DNA from: Betaproteobacteria bacterium
GTDB lineage: Bacteria; Bacillota; SHA-98; UBA4971
Assembly (NCBI GenBank): GCA_050260395.1
Contig: JBLNCC010000083.1
Coordinates: 17,592 to 81,591, forward strand
Direction: 5' to 3'
DNA: 64,000 bases
How positions within the stretch are numbered: the stretch's first letter is position 1; each line of letters begins with the position of its first letter. The notes below the pieces were generated by a model. It did no database searches. It was not told the origin of the DNA and saw nothing but the letters and a program-made list of their open reading frames with translations. Of this stretch, positions 1-8,113 are shown piece after piece. The position numbers and the translations under genes were made by a program.

Positions 1-220
1 ACGCACCGGCGGAGGCGCCCGCCACGCGCCACTACGCGCGCCGCAGGTTTCTTGAGAATCCCCACAGATCCCGTACGGCCCACGCCCGCAGCGCAACGCG
101 CGCAGAGCCACCGACCAACGGGATCCCGACTTGCCGCTGCTGACGCGCGAACACGCAAGCCGCAGACGTCCGAGGTAAGGCGCCAGGCGCCCGAGCCGGG
201 CGCAAAGACAGGCGGCGGTA

Positions 221-250
221 CAAGAAAACAGCGCCATAAACAGAGGCGCC
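221..250 (-). terminator. Rho-independent terminator candidate after the Tyr-Gly-Thr tRNA cluster
   Basis: Minus strand reads GGCGCC-N9-GGCGCT (6 bp stem, one G-U) followed by GTTTTCTTG. It begins 18 nt past the tRNA-Thr(GGU) 3' end. Confidence 0.45.
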
Positions 251-267
251 TCACATAGCTACACAAC

Positions 268-343
268 TGGAGCCCACGGCCGGAATCGAACCGGCGACCC
301 CATCCTTACCATGGATGTGCTCTGCCTGCTGAGCTACATGGGC
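268..343 (-). tRNA. tRNA-Thr (anticodon GGU)
   Basis: Cloverleaf folded by hand, 76 nt. Acceptor GCCCATG/CGTGGGC, D arm GCTC..GAGC, anticodon arm CATCC-ATGGTAA-GGATG (GGT), T arm GCCGG-TTCGATT-CCGGC, discriminator T, CCA encoded. Confidence 0.93.
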
Positions 344-357
344 TCCTAAACATAACC

Positions 358-434
358 TGGAGCGGGAAACGGGACTCGAACCCGCGACATTCAGCTTGGA
401 AGGCTGACGCTCTAGCCAACTGAGCTATTCCCGC
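358..434 (-). tRNA. tRNA-Gly (anticodon UCC)
   Basis: 77 nt. Acceptor GCGGGAA/TTCCCGC, D arm GCTC-AGTTGGCTA-GAGC, anticodon arm TCAGC-CTTCCAA-GCTGA (TCC), T loop TTCGAGT, CCA encoded. Confidence 0.93.
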
Positions 435-449
435 TCACCACAAAAGAAC

Positions 450-535
450 TGGTGGAGAGGGGTGGATTCGAACCACCGAAGGCTGAGCCAACAGATTTAC
501 AGTCTGCCCCCTTTGACCAGCTCGGGAACCTCTCC
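450..535 (-). tRNA. tRNA-Tyr (anticodon GUA), class II with long variable arm
   Basis: 86 nt. Acceptor GGAGAGG/CCTCTCC, anticodon arm GCAGA-CTGTAAA-TCTGT (GTA), long variable arm TGGCTCAGCCTTC, T arm GGTGG-TTCGAAT-CCACC, ACCA end. Confidence 0.93.
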
Positions 536-663
536 ACGAAAAGCCTCTGCGCGGCTTGCCATCCCGCGATAGAACATGCCCCCGGAGCACACGCACGGCA
601 TTTCGGCGTGGACCCTGGCGCTCACGTCTGCACCCTGAGTCAGTGCCCCGTGCCGCGTTTATT

Positions 664-692
664 ATATTACCATAGAGACCGCCCGTACGCAA
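664..692 (-). promoter_or_regulatory. Candidate sigma-A promoter for the Tyr-Gly-Thr tRNA cluster
   Basis: Minus strand reads TTGCGT-N17-TAATAT (overlapping TATAAT), about 120 nt upstream of the tRNA-Tyr 5' end. Confidence 0.35.
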
Positions 693-1056
693 GTATCATT
701 CGCCTCCTCGCCTCTCTGCGTGGGCACGCTCAAGAGCCGCACCCCCGCGCTCTGACGGTACATGTCGCTTTTCGCCCCTCCTCGTTGAGCGTGTCACGGG
801 CGCCAACCTTGCCGGCGTGGGCGCAGGGACGCGCCGCGTAACTCATGTCGCCGACGGCCGTCGCAGCGTCCCCAACCGTAGCAGGACTTGTGGGGTCGCC
901 GACGAAGACATGTTTTGCGTCCGCCAAAGCGAGTGGGGAAGGTCAAACGGCAATGCGCCGCCGGACTCGAAGGCGGCGAGGTCGATTGCGCGCGCCGGCT
1001 GTGCGATCATGTGGAAAGCAGACGAAGGACGAGAATCGAGGAGGAGGCAGCAGCTC

Positions 1057-2352
1057 ATGAGGGTCGATCTCTCTTCGTGCAGGAAGGAGTTCCCATCGCT
1101 TGAACTTCGGGTGAATGGACACGTCGCGGCTTATTTTGACGGCCCAGGGGGCACTCAGGTGCCGACCAGGGTGATCGAGGCGGTCACCCGGTACTATAGA
1201 GAAGCGAACGCCAACTCCCATGGTGAGTTCGTGACTAGCCACCGCACCGACGAGATCATTGCGGCGGCGCGGGAGGCTGTGGCGGACATGCTCGGCGCCG
1301 CTTCGGCCGACGAAATCGCTTTCGGTCCCAACATGACCACGCTGAATTTTGCGCTTTCGCGTGCCATAGGACGCGCGCTCGCGCCCGGTGACGAGATCGT
1401 CATCACCGACCTTGACCACGAGGCTAACCGCAGCCCTTGGCAAGCCCTTGAAGAAAAGGGCGTGGTGGTGCGGTCCGTGCGCGTGAACGTGCCCGAGTGC
1501 ACGCTTGACTACGACGACCTCGAGCGGGCGACCAGCGAGCGAACCAAGGTGGTAGCGCTTGGATACGCGTCGAACGCGGTCGGGACCATCAACGACGTGA
1601 GGCGCGCGTCTGCCCTCGCCCACTCTGTCGGGGCTCTGTGCGTCGTTGACGCGGTTCACTACGCACCGCACGGTGTCATCGACGTGCGTGACATCGGATG
1701 CGACTTCCTGTTGTGCTCCGCTTACAAGTTCTTCGGGCCGCACATAGGCATTCTGTACGGTCGGCGCGACGCGTTCGAGCGCCTGGCCACTTATAAGGTA
1801 CGTCCGCAGAACCCCGCGCCTCCTTACAAGATCGAGACAGGCACTCTCAACCACGAAGGCATGGCCGGTGTCATCGAGGCCTTGGAATTCATAGCCGGCC
1901 TTGGGGACGCCGTTGAGAGAATTGAGGGAGATGACGACGGCACGAAGGCTGCCCGGTGCCCGCAGAGTCATCCAGGAAGAGCGAATGAGCGGAGGTCACG
2001 CATCATTGCCGGCCTGCGCGCCATCGAACTCCATGAGCGGCCGCTTTTCTGCAGGCTCATGGACGGGTTAGCGAACATCCGCGGCGTCACGATATACGGC
2101 CTCCCCGCCCAAGCCGAGCGGACGCCGACCGTGTCGTTCACGATGGAAGGCGGCCGCCCGCTGGACATCGCGAGGTTCCTCGGGCAGCGTGGCATTTTCG
2201 TATGGCACGGCGATTTCTATGCCACAACTTTGATCGAACGCCTCGGCCTCGCCGACAGCGGTGGAGTCGTGAGGATCGGCATGGCGCCTTACAACACCGT
2301 GGAAGAAGTGGAACGCCTGCTCGAAGCGGTCGAGGAGTACGCAAGGCATTGA
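1057..2352 (+). CDS. Class-V aminotransferase fold PLP enzyme (cysteine desulfurase-like family)
   Basis: ORF 817..2352, start moved to ATG 1057 with GGAGGAGG 9 nt upstream. Family features: YFDGPGGTQVP, DHEANRSPW, and the PLP-lysine context CSAYKFFGPHIG. Confidence 0.85.
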   Translation: MRVDLSSCRKEFPSLELRVNGHVAAYFDGPGGTQVPTRVIEAVTRYYREANANSHGEFVTSHRTDEIIAAAREAVADMLGAASADEIAFGPNMTTLNFALSRAIGRALAPGDEIVITDLDHEANRSPWQALEEKGVVVRSVRVNVPECTLDYDDLERATSERTKVVALGYASNAVGTINDVRRASALAHSVGALCVVDAVHYAPHGVIDVRDIGCDFLLCSAYKFFGPHIGILYGRRDAFERLATYKVRPQNPAPPYKIETGTLNHEGMAGVIEALEFIAGLGDAVERIEGDDDGTKAARCPQSHPGRANERRSRIIAGLRAIELHERPLFCRLMDGLANIRGVTIYGLPAQAERTPTVSFTMEGGRPLDIARFLGQRGIFVWHGDFYATTLIERLGLADSGGVVRIGMAPYNTVEEVERLLEAVEEYARH

Positions 2353-2489
2353 GGGCTGGCACGATAGGCCGAAGGCAGGTGCAGGCAAGTCGTCCCGTCG
2401 CAGGCCAGTCCGCGACACCTTACCCGGCTCTTGCGCCAGAGGGCTATTGAGCGCAGGAAGGCCGCCCCGGCGCTGTCCGGCGCGAGGTC

Positions 2490-2816
2490 ATGACGGGAGG
2501 CGCCTCCGAGATCGGGAGGCAGACCCTGCAAACTACCTGTGCCGAAAGGGGCGGGAGGAATGAACAAGATCCTGGATTTAACGACTCTCGGGTTCCCTGG
2601 GTAGCGATGCCCCTCTTCGCGGGACTTATGCGCATGTGGGCGAGCGTCCCAACCGGGGTGGCCATGGTCTCCGCGTGTGGTCTCCTCTCGTTGTGGCGGA
2701 TCCCCTTCCAGGCCGCGATAATGGGAGGGAGGTTCACCTTGGTTCAAGTCTTCAGGAGGTTGCTCCTGCCGTTTCTCGCGGGAGCCCTTGCTCGGCTGAT
2801 GGAATCCTTCCTTTAA
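2490..2816 (+). CDS. Hypothetical small membrane protein (weak call)
   Basis: 108-codon ORF. Its C-terminal two thirds are hydrophobic (VAMPLFAGLM, VAMVSACGLLSLW, LLLPFLAGALA) with GC-rich third positions. RBS is weak and I recognised no homology. It is the only protein-like ORF in the 2353-3731 gap. Confidence 0.25.
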   Translation: MTGGASEIGRQTLQTTCAERGGRNEQDPGFNDSRVPWVAMPLFAGLMRMWASVPTGVAMVSACGLLSLWRIPFQAAIMGGRFTLVQVFRRLLLPFLAGALARLMESFL

Positions 2817-2893
2817 TAAGGTAATGCTGTACTGCAGGGCCGAAGTGGACAGGATTCACGAGAACGCTGGGCGTGAGATCACGATCAGATCAC

Positions 2894-2982
2894 GAAGGAT
2901 CCGGTGGTACCCACCTGGCACCCACCGGATCCTTCCTTTATGCGATCACTGGGGCTCCGGTCTGCGAGCACCGGAGCCCCAG
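2894..2982. other. Two adjacent perfect hairpins (14 bp and 12 bp stems)
   Basis: GAAGGATCCGGTGG (2894-2907) pairs with CCACCGGATCCTTC (2922-2935). CTGGGGCTCCGG (2949-2960) pairs with CCGGAGCCCCAG (2971-2982). Neither strand has a U-tract afterwards. Confidence 0.8.
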
Positions 2983-3686
2983 GGCGTCAGAAAACGAGAG
3001 CGATCTCATGGTCTCACGCTTTAGCGACACACAACACAGGCGCGGTAACAGCGAGTTTGCGGCCCCGACCGCGAGCGCATCCGGAAAGCGTCGGCGCAGT
3101 GGCGCACCGCCGTCCAAGGAAACGCCTGGTTTCCTGCCATGAATAGCTGACTCCAAGTGGCGGACTCCAAGGGGCGAGGCCGCGCGCTTGAAGAGGCGAG
3201 ACAAGGGCTCGGGTTACTCGGGTTACTAGACCCGAGGTCTGGGAATACTCAGGATCGCGGGGACTCCTGGAGACATATCTCGCGGCACGTGTTCCAGGCT
3301 GTCTCCTCGAGCGCCGGACAAGACGCCTCGCGCAGCGTCTCTCGGACCTTCCGGAGTCCGGGCCGCGTCTCCCGAGATACGCGACCAGGCCACTGAGGCG
3401 ATGGCGCCTGCAAGAAGGTGACTGGCGACATCTGCTGCGACGCGGTGCCCGGCGCTTCCTTCTACCCACAAGGAATGCCGCGAGATCCCACCGAGAGGAG
3501 CACACAGCGTGTGCCCGAGAATGATCGCAAAAGGGCTGACAACGAAACGCGGTCTGCTGGCACACGGGAAGTGACGAATGTTTTCTCTTCTCCCCCCAGC
3601 GTGACCGCCCAAAGAACACGAGAGTTGCGGCGTAAGGGGAAAGTGGCAACGGTTTGGCCACGGTGCGCAGCTCATTCTGAGGCCAC

Positions 3687-3720
3687 GGCAAACAAAGAGC
3701 GCCGCAAACCCTTGCGGCGC
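3687..3720 (-). terminator. Rho-independent terminator after tRNA-Thr(UGU)
   Basis: Minus strand reads GCGCCGCAA-GGGT-TTGCGGCGC (9 bp stem) followed by TCTTTGTTTGCC. It starts 11 nt after the tRNA 3' end. Confidence 0.7.
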
Positions 3721-3731
3721 TTGCATCTTCC

Positions 3732-3806
3732 TGGAGCCGACGGGCGGATTCGAACCCCCAACCTGCTGATTACAAATCAGCTGCTCTACCGTTGAGCTAC
3801 GTCGGC
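3732..3806 (-). tRNA. tRNA-Thr (anticodon UGU)
   Basis: 75 nt. Acceptor GCCGACG/CGTCGGC, D arm GCTC-AACGGTA-GAGC, anticodon arm GCTGA-TTTGTAA-TCAGC (TGT), T loop TTCGAAT (one G-G mismatch in the T stem), CCA encoded. Confidence 0.88.
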
Positions 3807-3857
3807 ACCACCTAGTACGCACCACATGGATGTTTTTGTGAGAGCGACCCGATTAGG

Positions 3858-3886
3858 ATCTTAACCCGTCCGCGCCGCCGTGTCAA
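3858..3886 (-). promoter_or_regulatory. Candidate sigma-A promoter for tRNA-Thr(UGU)
   Basis: Minus strand reads TTGACA-N17-TAAGAT, ending about 50 nt upstream of the mature tRNA 5' end. Confidence 0.5.
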
Positions 3887-4013
3887 GCGGCCCGCCCCAG
3901 TATCTGGTAGCCGCGTGCACACGGCCATCCGCTCCTCCAGGATATTCCTCGCCGCCGGCTGCGCGCAAAGCGAAGGGGCTGCTCGACGGAGATCCGCTGG
4001 GGGCCCTAGCAGA

Positions 4014-4670
4014 CTAGATCGCCTCGTTTCTCTTTTCTATGTATCGCTCGAGCTTGCGCTTGACGCGCTGTAGCGCGTTGTCTATGGATTTCACGTGTCT
4101 ATGTAGCTCGCCAGCGATCTCTTGATAGGACTTGCCGTCCAGATACGCCGAAAGCACCTTCCATTCGAGGTCGCTGAGGAACTCGCCCATTTTCGACTCG
4201 ATGTCCATGAACTCTTCCTTGCTTATCACGAGTTCCTCGGGGTCGGTGACCTTCGTGCCTGACAGCACATCGAGCAGGGTGCGATCAGATTCCTCATCGT
4301 ATATGGGTTTGTTGAGTGAGACGTACGAATTCAGAGGAATGTGCTTCTGCCTGGTAGCAGTCTTTATTGCCGTTATTATCTGCCGGGTTATACAGAGCTC
4401 CGCGAACGCTCGGAACGACGCCAGCTTATCGCTGCGGAAATCGCGTATGGCCTTGAAGAGGCCTATCATCCCTTCCTGGACGATGTCTTCACGGTCAGCG
4501 CCGATGAGAAAATAGGAACGCGCCTTGGCGCGGACAAAATTCTTGTACTTGTTGATCAGGTACTCTTCCGCGGATCTTTCCCCGCATCTCGCGCTCTCGA
4601 CAATTTCCTCGTCGAGCATGTCATCATACGCAGAAGATGGCTGGCGCTGCGGTTCAGCATTCACTGGCAT
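4014..4670 (-). CDS. sigH: RNA polymerase sigma factor SigH (sigma-70 family)
   Basis: ORF 4014..4808 trimmed to ATG 4670, giving 218 aa. Region 2 is DIVQEGMIGLFKAIRDF. Region 4 HTH is SYQEIAGELHRHVKSIDNALQRVKRKL. Its position after rlmB matches Bacillus. Confidence 0.85.
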   Translation of the reverse strand: MPVNAEPQRQPSSAYDDMLDEEIVESARCGERSAEEYLINKYKNFVRAKARSYFLIGADREDIVQEGMIGLFKAIRDFRSDKLASFRAFAELCITRQIITAIKTATRQKHIPLNSYVSLNKPIYDEESDRTLLDVLSGTKVTDPEELVISKEEFMDIESKMGEFLSDLEWKVLSAYLDGKSYQEIAGELHRHVKSIDNALQRVKRKLERYIEKRNEAI

Positions 4671-4758
4671 CGCCCCCTGGTGTGATGTCGCTCGACCTAC
4701 GAAGAAATTATACACTTCGGTTCGTGGACAAGTCAAGAAATCGCCGCCAGTCGCGGCC

Positions 4759-6132
4759 TCAGGGCTCTCGCACCCCCGGCGGCGTGCTGCGAGACCTCGT
4801 CCCCACACGGATCACGGCGTCCTGAGCGCGGTACCTGTCCCTCGAGAGCACCTCCCGTCTTTCGACCCGTCCTCCTACGATCACGAGCCGCTCCGTCACC
4901 ACCTCACAGCCGGGAGCGCCTTCCTTTTCCACCACGCGTTCGCCCTCTGCAAGCTCGGCATCTGGTATCTCGCGCACGCCCGGCGGGATGCTCTCCAGGT
5001 GTGAGGCCACGATGCGTACTTCCCGGTCCTCCGGCCGGTCGCCGAATATGCTCACGGTGATCTTCGACCCGGTCACCTGCGACATGATGAGAACGGGCGT
5101 CTTTCCCGTGTTACGGAACCTGAGGTCGTGCTGGCCATAGTAGACCGTGGCGTCGCGCCCAGGCGGAACGTATCCCGTGAGCCTGGAGTGGCTCTGCCTC
5201 ATTGTGATGCGCATGTCCGCGAGGAGGGCGGCGTTGTAGAGCGTTGACGAAACCTGGCAGACGCCTCCGCCGATCCCCGGCCTGAATTCGTCCTCCACGA
5301 TCTCAGGCGCTTCCAGGAACCCGAACTCGCGCGTCCGCGGCCCAACCACCTCATTGAATGAGAACTCCTCACCCGGCCGCACCATCACCCCGGATATGCG
5401 CCCGGACGCCAAGCGAATGTTATGACCCCTGCTCTCGAGCTGGGGATCGAAGGTTGTCGAGTAAGAGGCGACAAGCTCCCTGATGCCAAGTTCCGCAAGG
5501 TCCCGAAGGGTGGTAAAAGGCCGCACCTCGTTCGACTCGAGAAGTACCGTGGGACGCTCCGCAAGAGCCAGCGCCTCCTGTATTCGCGTCACGGCTTGCG
5601 CAACGTCTAGCCGCCGCCCTTGCCGCTCGGGCACGGGACGTCCCGTCCGCACGTCGAATGTGGCGTTCCGTGCCTCGATATTGATCTCCGCGGCCAAGCT
5701 CAAAACCGCCTCGAGCAGCCGGTCCTCGTCGACGCGCGTGACCACGCCTACGTTCCACCCGGCCACAGCGGCCGCTGCGAGCTCCCGTACCCTCCGCGCC
5801 ATGCTCCCCGTCCTGCCGACCTCCATGAGGCGTCTGGCGAGCTCGTCCGGGTCGCACTCCGCACCCAGGCTCTCAAGGTCGCGCTCCCACCGCTGGTCCC
5901 TGTGGACCAGCACAATCGGCTTCTCATTCACGAGGCCCGCCATACACGCCGCGATGTCCGCAGCCTCGGCCGGGGTCGCGCCGCCGACCTCGATCCCGCC
6001 CAGGCACACGCCGGGCGCAACCCGTCCCCCGCTTCCGCAAAAGAACGCGCCCGCCCCGAGAGCCGTCCCAGCCACAAGGCAGACGCTTGCCACCATGATC
6101 TCCAAAACAACGCTAACCAGACGGAGCCTCAC
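4759..6132 (-). CDS. VanW-family protein with N-terminal membrane anchor
   Basis: ORF 4759..6180. GTG 6132 chosen (GGAGAG 10 nt upstream, 7 nt after the rlmB stop). TM segment is LVSVVLEIMVASVCLVAGTAL. VanW core is FSFNEVVGPRT...GIGGGVCQVSSTLYNAAL. Confidence 0.75.
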   Translation of the reverse strand: MRLRLVSVVLEIMVASVCLVAGTALGAGAFFCGSGGRVAPGVCLGGIEVGGATPAEAADIAACMAGLVNEKPIVLVHRDQRWERDLESLGAECDPDELARRLMEVGRTGSMARRVRELAAAAVAGWNVGVVTRVDEDRLLEAVLSLAAEINIEARNATFDVRTGRPVPERQGRRLDVAQAVTRIQEALALAERPTVLLESNEVRPFTTLRDLAELGIRELVASYSTTFDPQLESRGHNIRLASGRISGVMVRPGEEFSFNEVVGPRTREFGFLEAPEIVEDEFRPGIGGGVCQVSSTLYNAALLADMRITMRQSHSRLTGYVPPGRDATVYYGQHDLRFRNTGKTPVLIMSQVTGSKITVSIFGDRPEDREVRIVASHLESIPPGVREIPDAELAEGERVVEKEGAPGCEVVTERLVIVGGRVERREVLSRDRYRAQDAVIRVGTRSRSTPPGVREP

Positions 6133-6139
6133 CGCAAGG

Positions 6140-7006
6140 TTACTCTCCTCTCGCCGCCTCCCGCTGGCGCAGCGCCTCAAACATCACAACCGCAGCGGCG
6201 ACCGATGCGTTCAGAGAGGACACCCGGCCCGCCATGGGGATCCTCACGAGGAAATCGCACTTCTCCGCAAGCAGGCGCGATATCCCGCTCCCCTCCGACC
6301 CGATGACCAGGGCGACTCGGCCCGTGAAGTCCACCTCATAGATGGTCCTGGTGGCGGACGCATCGGCACCGAAGACCCAGAAGCCATGCTCTTTGAGCCT
6401 TTCCACCTCGCGTACGAGGTTTGCGGCTCTCGCACACGGAACGTACTCCACCGCACCCGCGGACGCGCGAGCCACGGCGGCCGTTAGGCCGCACGCCCTC
6501 CGTTTCGGCACGATCACGCCTGTTGCGCCCACCGCGTCGCATGTCCTGATGATGGCTCCCAGGTTTCGGGGATCCTCGATGCCATCGAGCACGACGATGA
6601 GCGCCTGCCCGGCCCCTCCGGCAAGCTTCAGGAGGTCGTGCACCTCACAGTACCTGGCGGCCGCTCCCACGGCCACCACGCCCTGGTGAGACTGCCCGTC
6701 CGCGAACGTGTCCAGGGCGGCGCGCCCTGTTTCTACCACAGGGACGCCCGCACCACGCGCGAGGGACTTCACGAGCGCGGCGAACCCGGGCTCGATCCCT
6801 TTCGCGATCATGATCTTCGTGAGCGGGCGGCCAGACCGGAGCGCCTCAATGACGGGGTTACGGCCCATGAGCGTGGCCCCATCCTTCGGCTTGTCCGACT
6901 CCGCCGCAGGCTCACCGCGTTCCCTTTCAACAGGCCGACTCCGTCTTGGACGGCCCACTTTACCATCTTCCATCGGCACCGGCCCCGCTGCTATTCTTCG
7001 CGACAT
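6140..7006 (-). CDS. rlmB: 23S rRNA (guanosine-2'-O)-methyltransferase RlmB (SpoU/TrmH family)
   Basis: SpoU motifs: LDGIEDPRNLGAIIRT, VIGSEGSGIS, IPMAGRVSSLNASVAAAV. N-terminal L30e-like substrate-binding region: NPVIEALRSG. Start is uncertain (ATG 7006 or ATG 6973, both overlapping the thyX end). Confidence 0.85.
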   Translation of the reverse strand: MSRRIAAGPVPMEDGKVGRPRRSRPVERERGEPAAESDKPKDGATLMGRNPVIEALRSGRPLTKIMIAKGIEPGFAALVKSLARGAGVPVVETGRAALDTFADGQSHQGVVAVGAAARYCEVHDLLKLAGGAGQALIVVLDGIEDPRNLGAIIRTCDAVGATGVIVPKRRACGLTAAVARASAGAVEYVPCARAANLVREVERLKEHGFWVFGADASATRTIYEVDFTGRVALVIGSEGSGISRLLAEKCDFLVRIPMAGRVSSLNASVAAAVVMFEALRQREAARGE

Positions 7007-7694
7007 CCGCTGCCGCTATGAGACGTCGGCTTGCCTGCTCCACCCGGCCACAGGACATCTTGCCCTCTGGGCAATAGCCCCGCATCTCGCAAGGTGGGCC
7101 CACCGATGAAAAGAGCCGCGGTGCCACTTCTCGGACGCGTTCGAGCATCTTCTGGGCAAGCTCGCGAATCTCCCACTGCGCCCGTTCGCAAAGACGGCGC
7201 TCGAAAAAGTTGTACAGGCTCCGGCAGTTCATGGTCATCACGAGCCGCGTTTCGCACGCGTTCGGCAGGACAAACCTCGCGTCCTCCCTCGGCACGAGCT
7301 TCACGAGCTCCCGGTATGTTTCGCGAGTACGCTCCATATGCTGTTCAAAGAGCGCCCGCGCCCTGGGATCCGCCGCGACTGACGGAGGAACGACGTAGGT
7401 GAAGGCCTGTTCGTTCACGTAACGTTGCGATTGCTGTGAGTACGATGCTATACGGTGCCTGACGAGCTGATGGCTGAGGGCTCGGCTCACGCCCTCGATG
7501 GCGAACGTAAACGAGGCGTGCTCAGTAGGGGAAAGATGTCCCGCCTCGAGGATGGTCCTGATGAGTTCGCCCACCTTCTCGTCGGACAGCCCCTCCGCAA
7601 GCTCGGCGGCCTCGAGCGCCGAATAGCACTGCCTCGCCGCGACCGCCACGACTCTCTCGGGATTGGGTGTGTAACTTATGAGCACCACATTCAT
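6960..7694 (-). CDS. thyX: FAD-dependent thymidylate synthase ThyX
   Basis: ThyX signature RHRIASYSQQSQRY present. ATG 7694 overlaps the mrnC stop as ATGA. Confidence 0.9.
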   Translation of the reverse strand: MNVVLISYTPNPERVVAVAARQCYSALEAAELAEGLSDEKVGELIRTILEAGHLSPTEHASFTFAIEGVSRALSHQLVRHRIASYSQQSQRYVNEQAFTYVVPPSVAADPRARALFEQHMERTRETYRELVKLVPREDARFVLPNACETRLVMTMNCRSLYNFFERRLCERAQWEIRELAQKMLERVREVAPRLFSSVGPPCEMRGYCPEGKMSCGRVEQASRRLIAAADVAKNSSGAGADGRW

Positions 7695-8113
7695 TGTCCC
7701 AGACCTCCCGGAGGCGCGTCCGCAATGGTCAGCGCCCTTTCGATCACCTCTCGGAGCCGCTCCTCCCGGCCCAATAGGTATAGATATCCCAGCACAGCTT
7801 CGAATCCCGTGGAGTGTCTATAGTCGATGACTGCCGCGTTCCTCGGGCCGCGGCCGGTGTGGGCGTTCCGCGCGCGCCTCGCCACCTCCAGCTCGTCGGC
7901 GCGGAGAAACGTGTCGAGCTGTGCCAGGGTGCGGGCCTGGGCTTTCGCGTTCACCCGCATGGTAGCTTCCCTGTGCAGCTCGTCAAGGTCGCGCCGGCCG
8001 CTCTGTACGAGGCGCGCTCGCACGTAAAGTTCGTACACGGCGTCGCCGACATAAGCCAGCACGCCTGCGGGGAGCCTGTCCACTTCGCCAGCCTTATGTG
8101 TCGGTGTCGTCAT
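7691..8113 (-). CDS. mrnC: Mini-ribonuclease 3 (Mini-III, MrnC)
   Basis: ORF trimmed to ATG 8113, which overlaps the cysS stop as ATGA. RNase III-like motif LAYVGDAVYELYVR present. Position after cysS matches Bacillus yazC. Confidence 0.85.
   Translation of the reverse strand: MTTPTHKAGEVDRLPAGVLAYVGDAVYELYVRARLVQSGRRDLDELHREATMRVNAKAQARTLAQLDTFLRADELEVARRARNAHTGRGPRNAAVIDYRHSTGFEAVLGYLYLLGREERLREVIERALTIADAPPGGLGQ

Noticed and set aside
1-220. Possible coding sequence at the left edge (ORFs 32..223 on the minus strand and 52..258 on the plus strand).
   Set aside because: Both are Arg/Pro/Ala-rich shadow-type ORFs without an RBS. The region is more likely the intergenic or promoter space preceding whatever follows the tRNA cluster beyond the window.
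2353-3731. RNase P RNA, tmRNA, SRP RNA, T-box, or group II intron in the ORF-poor region.
   Set aside because: There are local look-alikes (GGAGTCCGGGCC near 3352, GGCGCACCGCC near 3100, GGAAACGCCTGG near 3118). They occur in the wrong order and context for RNase P. There is no ACAGAA.CCGGCTTA, no GGTAAGAGCGCACC, no tRNA-like 3' end, no SRP GGAAGCAGCC helix-8 motif, and no domain V-like sequence.
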